Positions 1 to 10,517 are shown, numbered from the stretch's first letter. The stretch: DNA of 38,165 nucleotides from a candidate division WOR-3 bacterium (GCA_965649115.1 CBFGJN010000014.1:1-38165), one strand, 5' to 3'. Notes: a model not told the origin generated them from the sequence alone. Numbers and translations are program-made.

Positions 1-191
1 AGATAAGGAATTTTTAAAGATATTTTCCTTATAGCATAAAAACCCTTATAAACTTTATCGTTTTCAATATAAACAACCTCATCAGTTTTATTATTTGGGT
101 CAAATTGAAAATCTTTTGAAAGAAAACTTATAACTTTTGATGTAATTTTACACAATTTACAATTTCCATCATAAATTATTAAGTTTTTCAT
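1..191 (-). CDS. DCC1-like thiol-disulfide oxidoreductase (DUF393), partial; runs off the window edge
   Basis: Manual translation from ATG at 191: MKNLIIYDGNCKLCKITSKV..., with the N-terminal YDGxCxxC motif. Not in the ORF track. Confidence 0.75.
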   Translation of the reverse strand, partial: MKNLIIYDGNCKLCKITSKVISFLSKDFQFDPNNKTDEVVYIENDKVYKGFYAIRKISLKIPY

Positions 192-228
192 TAGATTGAA
201 ATTTTAAAGTAGAGGTTATTTAAGGCAG

Positions 229-396
229 GGCTTTGTCTAGTAATTCTGAAATATAGATTATTTCTTATTTTTTCCCACCCACCCTATGAATAAGGCTTTG
301 CCCCCCCATTAGATCCCCCATAAAATCAATAGTTTTATTGAAATTTTCGTAAGTCATTGATAATCAAGCATTTAGCAATAATTACTGGACAAAGCA
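229..396. mobile_element. MITE with IS1595-like ends and target-site duplication
   Basis: Imperfect 17-bp TIRs GGCTTTGTCTAGTAATT / AATTACTGGACAAAGCA, flanked by the direct repeat TTAAGGCAG at 220-228 and 397-405. No ORF inside. Confidence 0.8.
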
Positions 397-450
397 TTAA
401 GGCAGTGTTTTCCCACCCACCCTTCTATTCTACTTTAAACTTTTAAAACT

Positions 451-1794
451 ATGGCTAACGTATGGGAGAAAGTTTCATCAAAAGAAAAAGAAGAAATTTT
501 CAAATTAGCAGAAGAATATAAAAAATTCCTAAATTCTTGTAAAACTGAAAGAGAAGTTATAAATTATATAACTAGTGTTGCCCTTGAAAATGGATACAAA
601 GATGGATTTACTTACAATTCTGAAAAGCTAATTTTCTCTGATAAAGAAAGGATTTTAGCATTATATAAAAGTGGAAAAAGAAGTCCTATTGATGGATTAA
701 AAATTATCGTTTCACATGTAGATAGTCCAAGAATTGACCTAAAACCAAAACCAATGTACGAAGACTCGGATTTATTACTACTTGATACTCAATATTATGG
801 AGGTATAAAAAAATATCAGTGGTTTTCAATACCACTATCAATTCACGGTGTAATTGTAAATAAATATAATAGAAAACAATTTATTGTCATAGGTGAAGAT
901 GAAAACGACCCTGTTTTCACCATAGCAGATTTATTACCTCATCTTTCAAGGAAAGTTCAAGGTGATAAAAAGATAGATGAAGCACTTCCAGCAGAAAAAC
1001 TTGATATTTTATTTGGGAGTATTCCATTAGATGGTGAAAAAGAAGAAAAAGTTAAGAAAAATATATTGAAAATTTTGAAAGAAAAATATGAAATTGAAGA
1101 AGAAGATTTCGTTTCAGCTGATATTTCAATAGTCCCTGCATTTAAAGTAAAAGATATTGGAATAGATAGAAGCTTAATCGGAGGTTATGGACAAGATGAT
1201 AGAATTTGTGTTTGGTCATCATTAAAAGCATTAGTTGATTTGGAAAAAAATGAATATCCAATTCTGTTGCTCTTTGTAGATAAGGAAGAAATTGGTTCAG
1301 TGGGTAATACCTCTGCAAGAAGCAAATTTTTGGAAATTGTTATAAAAAGAATTGTTGAAATTGAAAATGGAAATGACTTTAAAAAAGCTTTATATAATTC
1401 AAAAGCTATATCTGCTGATGTTACAAGCGCAACAAATCCTAATTTTAAAGAGGTTGATGACCCTAAAAATAGTGCTAAATTAAATCATGGAGTTGCTATT
1501 ATTAAATATACAGGAAGTGGTGGCAAGTACTTTGCAAGTGAAGCAAGTGCAGAATATACAGGTTATGTAAGAAATCTTTTAAATAATAATAATATCGTTT
1601 GGCAAGTAGGAATAATTGGTAAAGTTGATGAAGGTGGAGGAGGAACTGTCGCTATGTTTTTAGCAGAATATGGAATGGATATTATAGATATGGGTCCTCC
1701 TATCTTAAATATGCATTCACCATTTGAAGTAAGTTCAAAAGCAGACTTATATATGACTTATAAGGCTTATAAAGTATTCTTGGAGAGTGAATAA
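451..1794 (+). CDS. M18 family aminopeptidase
   Basis: Motifs SHVDSPRIDLK, YYGGIKKYQW, GQDDR, DKEEIGS, GGGGT and MHSPFE. Confidence 0.92.
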   Translation: MANVWEKVSSKEKEEIFKLAEEYKKFLNSCKTEREVINYITSVALENGYKDGFTYNSEKLIFSDKERILALYKSGKRSPIDGLKIIVSHVDSPRIDLKPKPMYEDSDLLLLDTQYYGGIKKYQWFSIPLSIHGVIVNKYNRKQFIVIGEDENDPVFTIADLLPHLSRKVQGDKKIDEALPAEKLDILFGSIPLDGEKEEKVKKNILKILKEKYEIEEEDFVSADISIVPAFKVKDIGIDRSLIGGYGQDDRICVWSSLKALVDLEKNEYPILLLFVDKEEIGSVGNTSARSKFLEIVIKRIVEIENGNDFKKALYNSKAISADVTSATNPNFKEVDDPKNSAKLNHGVAIIKYTGSGGKYFASEASAEYTGYVRNLLNNNNIVWQVGIIGKVDEGGGGTVAMFLAEYGMDIIDMGPPILNMHSPFEVSSKADLYMTYKAYKVFLESE

Positions 1795-1837
1795 ATATAA
1801 TTATTTCTACATTTTGTTCACCTAACCCATGTTTAAG

Positions 1838-2074
1838 TGGTGTATCTAGTAATTCTTGAAAATATAATTATTTGGTATTGCGCACAAATCAGTTTATTTT
1901 TAAATTTCTTATTTTTTCCCACCCACCCTATAATTGAGCCTTCGGCTCTTCTTATTCGTCCCCTATAAAAAACCCCCCAATAAAATTATTACCCTGATAT
2001 TTACCGATTAAATCAACAATTTCCTTAAAAATTTTATAAGTTATTGATAATCAAAGACTTAACATTATTTATTG
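1838..2074. mobile_element. Degenerate MITE copy, first of a tandem pair
   Basis: Left end TGGTGTATCTAGTAATT, TCCCACCCACCCT core, GAGCCTTCGGCTC hairpin and TTGATAATCAA palindrome. Confidence 0.65.
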
Positions 2075-2279
2075 TGCTGTGTGTAGTAATTCTGAAAATA
2101 TAATTATTTCTATACTTTCCCACCCTCCCTAAATTTAAGCCTACGGCTTTTAAATTCCCCATCTTCTGCTGTGGGGGGCTAACGCCCCCCTTAATTCCCC
2201 CCATTAAATCAATAATTTCCTTAAAATTTTTATAAGTCGTTGATAATCAATAACTTAACACTAATTACTAGACAAAGCA
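2075..2279. mobile_element. MITE copy, second of the tandem pair
   Basis: TIRs TGCTGTGTGTAGTAATT / AATTACTAGACAAAGCA, with the same internal blocks as 229-396. Confidence 0.75.
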
Positions 2280-2328
2280 AATTCTCACTGCTTTATTTTA
2301 CCCACCCACCCTAAATATAAGGCTTCAA

Positions 2329-5300
2329 TTATTTACTAACCTTCTTGACACCTTTTAATAACTTCTTTTGATTATTACTTTCCTCTTGAACAACGACAGG
2401 TGTTGTAACTGGTTTAATATCAGCTCTAAAAATCCTTATAACCATTTCTTTTTTAAGTCTATTTATAAATTCATTAAATAAATGATAACCTTCCTTTTTA
2501 AACTCTACAAGTGGATCTTTGTTTCCATAAGCTCTTAAATAAACACCTTCCCTCAATTGGTCAAGAGCGTACAAATGCTCCCTCCATAGTTCGTCAAGTG
2601 TAATTAGTGCTACCCATCTTTCCATATTTCTTAAATTTTCGCTACCAATTGCTTCCTCTTTAAGTTTATATAAATTCTTTATTATTTCAAGTGCCCTAAT
2701 TTTAATATCCTCCCTATTTTCAAGGTCTAATAAATTTTTAAAATCACCAATAAAAATATAACTCAACTCATCAACAAGACCCTTCAAATTCCATCTTGAT
2801 TTTGTTTCCTCAACAGGCAAATAATGTTCCAACAATTCATCTAAATAGTCTTCAATAAATTCCATATAAATATCACTCAAATCTTTTCCATTTAAAATAT
2901 CCTCTCTAAATGAATAAACGACTTCTCTCTGCTTATTTATTACATCATCATATTCAAGTAGTCTTTTTCTCATTTGAAAATGCATCATTTCAACTCTTTT
3001 TTGGGCTCCTTCAAGTGCTTTAAGAACCGCCTTTGATTCTACAACATCTTCACCTGCTATTTTTAATGCCTTAAAAATTTTATATTTTCCAAGTTTTTCA
3101 TTCAATTCTATAACTTTGTCAGAACCGAATAATCTTAATAAATCGTCTTCTAATGATAAGAAAAATTTACTTGCACCTGGATCACCTTGTCTTCCACTTC
3201 TTCCTCTTAACTGATTATCTATTCTTCTTGCTTCATGCTTATTTGTTCCTATTACATAAAGTCCATAATATCCCCAAGTTTTTGGATCATTTTCGTCATA
3301 TTTTGGAATATACCCAAGCTTAATAATCTCTTTCCAATGACCTGGAATAACCTCACCTTTTTCTAATCTTTTCTTTAAATCTTCAATAATTTCTTTCACT
3401 ATTTCTTCATCATAAGGATCCAATACACCTTCTCCAAGTTTAATATCTGTTCCTCTACCAGCCATATTCGTAGCAATTGTAACAGCATATTTCTGACCTG
3501 CCTTTGCTACAATTTTTGCTTCTTTTTCGTGATGTTTAGCATTTAAAACTTCGTGTGGAATTCCTCTTAATTTCAATAATCTTGACAACAATTCAGACTC
3601 TTCAATTGATGTTGTTCCTACAAGAATTGGTCTTGAAAGTTTATGCCATCTTTCAATTTCATCAACAACAGCAATATATTTATCTTTTTTTGTCTTAAAA
3701 ATAATATCAACATAATCAATTCTTCTTACAGGTTTATTTGTTGGAATAGCAATAACATCAAGCTTATAAATATCCCAAAATTCTGCTGCTTCCGTCATTG
3801 CAGTTCCAGTCATACCTGCTAATTTTTCGTATAATCTGAAATAGTTTTGTAATGTTATTGTTGCAAGTGTTTGGGTTTGCTCCTGAACTTTAACACCTTC
3901 TTTGGCTTCAATAGCTTCGTGAAGACCATCACTCCATCTCCTCCCTGGCATTAATCTTCCTGTAAATTCATCAACGATAATAACTTGATTATCCTTTACA
4001 ACATAATTCACATCTTTTTCAAATAACATGTAACCTTTTAACATTTGTTGAATTGCATGGATTCTATCAGTTTTTTCAGCATATTCCTTATATAATTCTT
4101 CCCTCAATTTGAATTTTTCAGATGGTAGCAAATCGCTTCTTTCTATCTTATCCAATTCAATTGATAAATCGGGAACTTTAAATAAACCCTTTCTATATCT
4201 ACTTTCAATAAATTCCCTACCCTTTTCAGTAATATCAACAACATTATGCTTTTCATCAACAATAAAGTATAACTCTTTATCGTATTCCCTAAGTTTTTTT
4301 TCTTTTATAAGCTTTAATTCAATTTTATCAACATTTCTTAAAATTCCAGGTTCTTGTAAAATTCTAAATAGTCTTTTATTTTTAGGGTCACCTCTTCTAA
4401 CTTGTAAAAGTCTAATACAAGCTCTTTCAATATCACCTTCTTTTAATAATTTTTCAGCTTCGTCTAAAAATTTCCTAATAATTTCCTTTTGCTTTTCAAC
4501 CATGGCACTTACAACAGGTTTTACTTCATAAAAATGTTCAACAGATGAATGTTCAACAGGACCAGAAATAATCAATGGAGTTCTTGCTTCATCTATTAAA
4601 ATTGAATCGGCTTCATCAATAATAGCATAATAATGAACTCTTTGAACAACATCATCTAAGCTAAAAGCCATATGGTCTCTTAAATAATCAAAACCAAATT
4701 CATTATTCGTTCCATAAGTTATATCAGTTTGATAGACTGATTTTCTATTCGTATAAACAATTTGTGTTTTCCCCTCTTCATTAAATATAATTATCTGATC
4801 ATTTCTATCACTTTGAATAGCAGAAACAGTTAAGCCAAGTTTCAAGTAAAGTGGAGCCATCCATTGTGCATCTCTTCTTGCCAAATAATCATTAACTGTC
4901 ACAATATGAACTGCACCTCTTGGCTCACCATTTACTAAAAACTTAGAATTACCTTTCAAACCCCTCGCCCTACCAATTAATGCATGTAAATAAGCGGGAA
5001 GTGTTGCAACTAATGTTTTACCTTCTCCTGTTTTCATTTCAGCAATTTTCCCTTCAAATAAAACAATACCTCCAATTAATTGAACATCAAAATGAACCAT
5101 ATCCCATTTATAAGGATTTGTTGTCACTTCGTATTCATAACCAACAAGACGCCTTGCAGTTTCTTTAACAAGAGCGAATGCTTCAGGTAAAAGTTCATAG
5201 GGATTTTCTCCATCTGCTAATCTCCTAACAAATTCTTCTGTCTTTTTAGGTATATCTTCATCTTTTAAATTTTTAAATTGCTCAAAAAAGTAATTAATTT

Positions 5301-5379
5301 TTTCAACAATTTTCCATCTTTTTCTAACTTCTCTTTCGTTTCTTGTACCTATAATCTTTGAAAGAATTGAGCTTATCAT
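2329..5379 (-). CDS. secA: Preprotein translocase subunit SecA
   Basis: Motifs EMKTGEGKT, VTVNDYLARRD, YGTNNEFGFDYLRD, DEADSILIDEARTPLIISG, ATNMAGRGTDIKL and QLRGRSGRQGDPG. Confidence 0.98.
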   Translation of the reverse strand: MISSILSKIIGTRNEREVRKRWKIVEKINYFFEQFKNLKDEDIPKKTEEFVRRLADGENPYELLPEAFALVKETARRLVGYEYEVTTNPYKWDMVHFDVQLIGGIVLFEGKIAEMKTGEGKTLVATLPAYLHALIGRARGLKGNSKFLVNGEPRGAVHIVTVNDYLARRDAQWMAPLYLKLGLTVSAIQSDRNDQIIIFNEEGKTQIVYTNRKSVYQTDITYGTNNEFGFDYLRDHMAFSLDDVVQRVHYYAIIDEADSILIDEARTPLIISGPVEHSSVEHFYEVKPVVSAMVEKQKEIIRKFLDEAEKLLKEGDIERACIRLLQVRRGDPKNKRLFRILQEPGILRNVDKIELKLIKEKKLREYDKELYFIVDEKHNVVDITEKGREFIESRYRKGLFKVPDLSIELDKIERSDLLPSEKFKLREELYKEYAEKTDRIHAIQQMLKGYMLFEKDVNYVVKDNQVIIVDEFTGRLMPGRRWSDGLHEAIEAKEGVKVQEQTQTLATITLQNYFRLYEKLAGMTGTAMTEAAEFWDIYKLDVIAIPTNKPVRRIDYVDIIFKTKKDKYIAVVDEIERWHKLSRPILVGTTSIEESELLSRLLKLRGIPHEVLNAKHHEKEAKIVAKAGQKYAVTIATNMAGRGTDIKLGEGVLDPYDEEIVKEIIEDLKKRLEKGEVIPGHWKEIIKLGYIPKYDENDPKTWGYYGLYVIGTNKHEARRIDNQLRGRSGRQGDPGASKFFLSLEDDLLRLFGSDKVIELNEKLGKYKIFKALKIAGEDVVESKAVLKALEGAQKRVEMMHFQMRKRLLEYDDVINKQREVVYSFREDILNGKDLSDIYMEFIEDYLDELLEHYLPVEETKSRWNLKGLVDELSYIFIGDFKNLLDLENREDIKIRALEIIKNLYKLKEEAIGSENLRNMERWVALITLDELWREHLYALDQLREGVYLRAYGNKDPLVEFKKEGYHLFNEFINRLKKEMVIRIFRADIKPVTTPVVVQEESNNQKKLLKGVKKVSK

Positions 5380-5409
5380 AAGATTTAAAATTTTAAAGCT
5401 TTTTTAAAA

Positions 5410-5559
5410 TGCTGTGTCTAATAATTCTGGAAACATATATTTTTCTATATTTTTCCCACCCACCCTGATAATAAGCCTTCGGCTTAAAAATGCCCATATT
5501 TCGGCAAGGGGGCTAATTATTGATTATCAATAACTTAATATCATTTACTAGACAAAACA
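5410..5559. mobile_element. MITE copy
   Basis: TIR-like ends TGCTGTGTCTAATAATT / ATTTACTAGACAAAACA; flanks TTTTTAAAA / TTTTTAAAT; core and CTTCGG hairpin present. Confidence 0.72.
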
Positions 5560-5617
5560 TTTTTAAATTGCCTTGGGGGCTCCGCTTAAATTGTTTTGTA
5601 AGGCAATAAAGAATAAT

Positions 5618-7744
5618 TTAAAATATCATTCTAATTGAAAAATATGGTAAAATTGGAAGTTGATAAATTTCTTCTTTAATTGGTGGATTTTTTGAATAAT
5701 CATAAAAACTTATAAATAAATTCTTGAAATTGAAAACATTTATAATGCCAAAACCATATTCTATTGACTTAAATTTTCCTTCGTAGTAAATATCAATTCT
5801 TTTATAATCAGGAAGTGTCAGTTTATTTCTTGGACTATAAATCTCATACCAAAATGGGAATTCAAGACCACCATCAGGATAAACACTACCAACTAAATAT
5901 CTTGCAATAATGTCAGTATAAGGGGAACCACTCGCATAAGTTAATTTAATTCCTAAATTGCCTTTAAAGATATTCCTCTTTAAAATAACATTTAAGACAT
6001 GCCTTCTATCATAACTCGTCCTATACCATAGCGTTTCGCTTTCAAGCTTACTATAAGAAAAACTTAAGGTCCAAGAAATTTCAAAATTATTATTTTCAAA
6101 CCACAGATCTAAACCATAAGATAATGCCTTTGAATTTTTAAGCAATTCTTTCTCTATATTATTAATATCCGTTCTATATGGATTAAGTTCAACACTGTTT
6201 AAATAAGGCTTAATAAATGCCACAACTTCAAAATTTCCAAACTTTGGAATACCTTCAAAACCAAAAATTAAATGTGGTGTTCTGACAGGTTTCAAATTTT
6301 CAAAAACTGGAACCCAAAAATAAAATGAAGATATTTGAAGATTATTAGTAGAAAAACCAATAGCATACTGATTATATAGTCCAATTGCACTTTTGAAGGC
6401 ATATATATCAGTTAAAAAGTACTTAATTTGAAATCTTGGTTCAAATGAGAAATCTTCTTTATAGTAATAGCCCGTTAATTTATAATAATTAAATCTACTG
6501 CCAAAGTTCAAAGTAAATTTATTAGATTCCTTTTTAATATCAAAAAAAACTGATGATATTATTGGACTTCCTTCTCTATTTATTCTAATACCGAATATAT
6601 TGCTCTTATAGTAGCCACTAATATAAGCAAAATCAAAACCAAAATTAAAATTCCATAAATTTTGAATATATTGAAAATCTAATCTACTTGAAATAATAGA
6701 AAATCTATTCTCAACACCAAAAGCACCTGAAAATAACCCAAAATCAATAAAATTTTGTGAGTAAGATAAATAACTATTTAAAAGATAATTGTTCCAAAAT
6801 GTTTTATAATTTAAGCCTAAACCTCTATTACCCCAGTTTGAGCTAACCAAATTTGAAAATTCCAAATTATCTTCACTATTTATATAGGAAAGACTTAAAT
6901 TCGTTATGTCAGAAAAACTATATGAGATTTTTCCTGCGATATCATAAAAGCCATAAGGAATATCAAAATTAAACAATTTAGCAAATTCCTTAATGAATGT
7001 CCTCCTAAAACTAACTATAAAAGAACTATATTTGCTAAATGGACCTTCAAATAAAAACTTTGTTGTAATAGGACTTATAACGGAAATTGTTTTATATTCA
7101 TTATAATTTCCTTCTCTCATTTTAGCATCAATTATTGAACCAGTAGCATTTCCATACTTTGCACTATATCCACCCTTTAAAAATTGAAAAGAACTCAAAA
7201 CATCTAAATCAAAAATAGAAACAAAACTTCCAAGGTGATAAGGATTATATAAGAATATACCATCTAAAATTGTTAAATTTTCAAATGGTGCAGAACCCCT
7301 AACCGAAAACCTACCTGAAAAATCATTTACAAATACAACTCCACTTTGAATTTGAATGACACGCATCAAATCTTTCTCAAATGGACTAGGAAGTGTTTTA
7401 TATTTATCTATATTTTGAATAGTGTTTATTGAAAAATCTCTTTTAAATGTTTCCTTTTTACCACTAACAATAATTTCAGATAATTTTATACCGACTGGTT
7501 TTAAATAAACTTTAATTTGAACATTTCCTTTCAATTCAATTTCTTTTTGATATTCTTCATAACCAAGTGCAGAAATTTTTAGTTTATATTTTCCTTCTTT
7601 TAATTTTATTTGAAAAAAACCTTTTTCATCACAATAAGTTCCATAATAATTTTCTATTTCAACCGCACAGTAAGGAATACCATCTCTTGTTAATTCATCT
7701 ACAACAATTCCACTTAAAATTTGAGAAAAAATCAAATTGAGCAT
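5618..7744 (-). CDS. TonB-dependent receptor-like outer-membrane protein
   Basis: N-terminal carboxypeptidase-regulatory-like domain, plug (VRGS...LDG...NPYHL...KGGYSAKYG), aromatic beta-strands and C-terminal Phe. Confidence 0.85.
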   Translation of the reverse strand: MLNLIFSQILSGIVVDELTRDGIPYCAVEIENYYGTYCDEKGFFQIKLKEGKYKLKISALGYEEYQKEIELKGNVQIKVYLKPVGIKLSEIIVSGKKETFKRDFSINTIQNIDKYKTLPSPFEKDLMRVIQIQSGVVFVNDFSGRFSVRGSAPFENLTILDGIFLYNPYHLGSFVSIFDLDVLSSFQFLKGGYSAKYGNATGSIIDAKMREGNYNEYKTISVISPITTKFLFEGPFSKYSSFIVSFRRTFIKEFAKLFNFDIPYGFYDIAGKISYSFSDITNLSLSYINSEDNLEFSNLVSSNWGNRGLGLNYKTFWNNYLLNSYLSYSQNFIDFGLFSGAFGVENRFSIISSRLDFQYIQNLWNFNFGFDFAYISGYYKSNIFGIRINREGSPIISSVFFDIKKESNKFTLNFGSRFNYYKLTGYYYKEDFSFEPRFQIKYFLTDIYAFKSAIGLYNQYAIGFSTNNLQISSFYFWVPVFENLKPVRTPHLIFGFEGIPKFGNFEVVAFIKPYLNSVELNPYRTDINNIEKELLKNSKALSYGLDLWFENNNFEISWTLSFSYSKLESETLWYRTSYDRRHVLNVILKRNIFKGNLGIKLTYASGSPYTDIIARYLVGSVYPDGGLEFPFWYEIYSPRNKLTLPDYKRIDIYYEGKFKSIEYGFGIINVFNFKNLFISFYDYSKNPPIKEEIYQLPILPYFSIRMIF

Positions 7745-9102
7745 TAATTTTCATTTATTTTAAAATTCCTTATTTCAACCTTATCAAAACCCTTCAAATT
7801 AAATTTAAACTGACTTGTGTCTGCTAAAACTAATATAACATAATCTTTCGGAAGAAATTTTTTAGCAGTTTCATTAACTTCATTTAAATTCAATTTTTTA
7901 ATTTCTTCAATATCCTTTATCCAATAATCATAAGGCAAATTCCACAATTTAGCATTAAATATAATGTTTGCTACTTGCGAATAGGTTTGACCTTGTCTTG
8001 CTATTGAACCTTCGTAATAACTTTTAGCAGATTTTAGTTCTTCTTCTTTAAAACCTTCATTTATTGCTTTATTTATTTCATCTAATAATAACTCAATAGC
8101 ATGATTACCACTTTCAACTTTTGTTGAAAATCCAGCAATGAATGAACCTTCAAAAATTTTGTTATCTCTTTTATAACCACCATCTATACGACTATAAGCC
8201 CAATATGCATAACCATACTTTACCCTAATTGTCTTTACAATCCTAGAAGAAAATCCAGAACCACCAAGAATATAATTTACTAATCTGAATTTATTAAAGT
8301 CTTTATTATCCCTACTTATTCCTTTTGAACCAAGAAATACAAATGCCTGATTTATTCCAGGAAAGTGATAAATATAAACTTCTTTACCTTTTGGATAATT
8401 AATATCACTAATTTGATTTCTATTTAACGTTTTCTTTTGCCACTTTGAGAAAAACTTTTCAACAATTTCAATTGACTTACTTGGTTCTAAATCTGAAACA
8501 ACAATTAATGTTGAATTATTTGGAATGTAAAATTTATTGTAAAAATCAATAACATCTTCTCTTTTTATATTTAATAGAGAATTTTCATAACCTTCCGTTG
8601 GATGTGCAAGGGGATGGTCTTTATATAGAAGTTGAGAAAGTAATATACTTGAAACATAATCTGGATCGCTTTTTTGAGATATGATATTACTTATTGTTCT
8701 TTTTTTAACTTTTTCAAATTCTTCATTTGGAAATGTTGGATTTAAAATAATCTCACTTAATAATTCTAAGGATTTTTCAGCATTTTGTGTTAAAGATTTT
8801 ATGCTTATATTAGTTGTCCAATCATCTACTGAAATTGATAAATTCGTTCCAAGCTCTTCAAACTTTTCAGCTATTTCAATAGCATTATATTTTTTTGTTC
8901 CTTCATCAATTAAATTGGCTGTTAAATTTGCTAAACCTTCTTTACCTTTTGGATCATCAACCGATCCAGCATTTATAATCAAACTTAACTGAAAAATTGG
9001 TAGCTTCTTTTTCTGAACCGCAACGACATTTAATCCATTTGAAAGAACCTTTTCTTTTATATTATCCATCATCTTTACCTCCATAACTAAAATTAAAATC
9101 AT
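7744..9102 (-). CDS. M16B metallopeptidase, non-catalytic subunit
   Basis: M16-type sequence with HxxEH replaced by NLTAN and an R/Y pair (IRVKYGYAY). An alternative start near 9072 follows GGAGGT. Confidence 0.87.
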   Translation of the reverse strand: MILILVMEVKMMDNIKEKVLSNGLNVVAVQKKKLPIFQLSLIINAGSVDDPKGKEGLANLTANLIDEGTKKYNAIEIAEKFEELGTNLSISVDDWTTNISIKSLTQNAEKSLELLSEIILNPTFPNEEFEKVKKRTISNIISQKSDPDYVSSILLSQLLYKDHPLAHPTEGYENSLLNIKREDVIDFYNKFYIPNNSTLIVVSDLEPSKSIEIVEKFFSKWQKKTLNRNQISDINYPKGKEVYIYHFPGINQAFVFLGSKGISRDNKDFNKFRLVNYILGGSGFSSRIVKTIRVKYGYAYWAYSRIDGGYKRDNKIFEGSFIAGFSTKVESGNHAIELLLDEINKAINEGFKEEELKSAKSYYEGSIARQGQTYSQVANIIFNAKLWNLPYDYWIKDIEEIKKLNLNEVNETAKKFLPKDYVILVLADTSQFKFNLKGFDKVEIRNFKINEN

Positions 9103-9106
9103 TTTT

Positions 9107-10429
9107 TTACCTCCTTATTTCGCTAGCTTTTTTAAGTCCTTCAATATATGCTTGAATATCTGATGGTGGTATTGGATGAACAATAATTGTTGTTTTATTA
9201 TCATCATTTATATATTCATTTATAATTTTTTCAACATCTTGTGTGCTAACTTTTTGAATGAGTTTTGGATATTCATTTATATAATTAGGATTTTCTGTAT
9301 TTATTAATGCTTCACCAAGTTGAAAACCAAGTCTAACAACTGATTCTCTTGAATATACTAAATCAGCTAATTGACTATTTTTTGCTCTCGCTAATTCTTC
9401 TTCTCCAACTTTATTTTTTCTTAAATTTTCAACTTCTTCATTTATAGCTTTTTCAAGTTCATTTATATCTTTTCCTTGCTGTAATGTCGCAAAAATAATT
9501 AATAAACCCTCATCTTTTAATCCATAATAAAAAGCACTAATTGAACTTGCTAATTGCTTTTCATAAACAATAGATTTATATAATTTTGATGTTTTCCCAC
9601 CTCCAAGAATATCAGCAAGTAATGAAACAGCTGGTGAATACTCACTACTAGCTTTCGGAACTCTATAAGCAATAGCTATATATGTTGCAAAACCTTCTTT
9701 CTTGATTTCTGTTCTTCTTGGTCCTCTCTGCTTAGGTTCAGTTGTATAAAACTTAGGAATTTCCTTACTTTCATACTTTCCAAAGTACTTTTCGGCAATT
9801 TTAAAAACTTCTTCCGCCTTAACATCACCAACTACTATTAAATAAGCATTATTTGGTGCATAATATGTTTCATAAAATTGTTTAACTTTTTCTAAATTAA
9901 CATTTTCTAAATCACTTCTCCAACCTATAACTGGATTTCTATATGGATGAGCCCAAAAAATTGTTGAAAATAATGCTTCCCATAATGCACCCCTTTGATC
10001 ATTTTCTGTTCTCCATCTTCTTTCTTCAATAACAACATTTCTCTCTTCATCAAATCCATCAAATGTTATATTTCTCATTCTATCAGCTTCCATATAAAGA
10101 ACTTTTTCAACAGCACTTGAAGGAATTTCACACCAATAAGCGGTTTCATCAAAACTCGTGAAAGCATTATCCATACCACCAAGCTCATCAATGATTTGAG
10201 AGAAATCTTTAATCTCTTTTGTTCCCCTAAACATCATATGTTCTAACAAATGTGCAGAACCTGTAATTCCAACAACTTCATTTTTTGAACCAACCTTGTA
10301 CCAAACTTGGACAGTAGCAACAGGAGAAGAATGTTCTTCAATCACATAAACTTTTAAACCATTTTTTAGTGTTTTTTCTTTTATATCCAACGGTTTAATC
10401 TCTATAAAAGATTGTAGCATAATGAACAT
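9107..10429 (-). CDS. M16B metallopeptidase, catalytic subunit
   Basis: Zinc motif HLLEHMMFRGT, plus NAFTSFDET, EERNVVIEE and HPYRNPVIG. Confidence 0.92.
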   Translation of the reverse strand: MFIMLQSFIEIKPLDIKEKTLKNGLKVYVIEEHSSPVATVQVWYKVGSKNEVVGITGSAHLLEHMMFRGTKEIKDFSQIIDELGGMDNAFTSFDETAYWCEIPSSAVEKVLYMEADRMRNITFDGFDEERNVVIEERRWRTENDQRGALWEALFSTIFWAHPYRNPVIGWRSDLENVNLEKVKQFYETYYAPNNAYLIVVGDVKAEEVFKIAEKYFGKYESKEIPKFYTTEPKQRGPRRTEIKKEGFATYIAIAYRVPKASSEYSPAVSLLADILGGGKTSKLYKSIVYEKQLASSISAFYYGLKDEGLLIIFATLQQGKDINELEKAINEEVENLRKNKVGEEELARAKNSQLADLVYSRESVVRLGFQLGEALINTENPNYINEYPKLIQKVSTQDVEKIINEYINDDNKTTIIVHPIPPSDIQAYIEGLKKASEIRR

Positions 10430-10517
10430 TTTGAAATTTTAAAGGTTAAGGGTTTTTATTAGGTGAAATCATTGGACAAAACAGAAAGGTTTTCATTTAT
10501 CCTTTAAACTTTTGAGC

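Noticed and set aside
1838..2320. Possible CRISPR array in the repeated intergenic DNA
   Set aside because: The repeats are long, degenerate and dispersed, with no regular repeat-spacer period and no cas genes.
4109..4531. 140-aa plus-strand ORF, and similar ORFs at 4980, 8681, 18577, 20384, 24021, 24803, 31842, 34076, 34354, 36097 and 37376
   Set aside because: Antisense shadows of well-supported genes, with no recognisable motifs.
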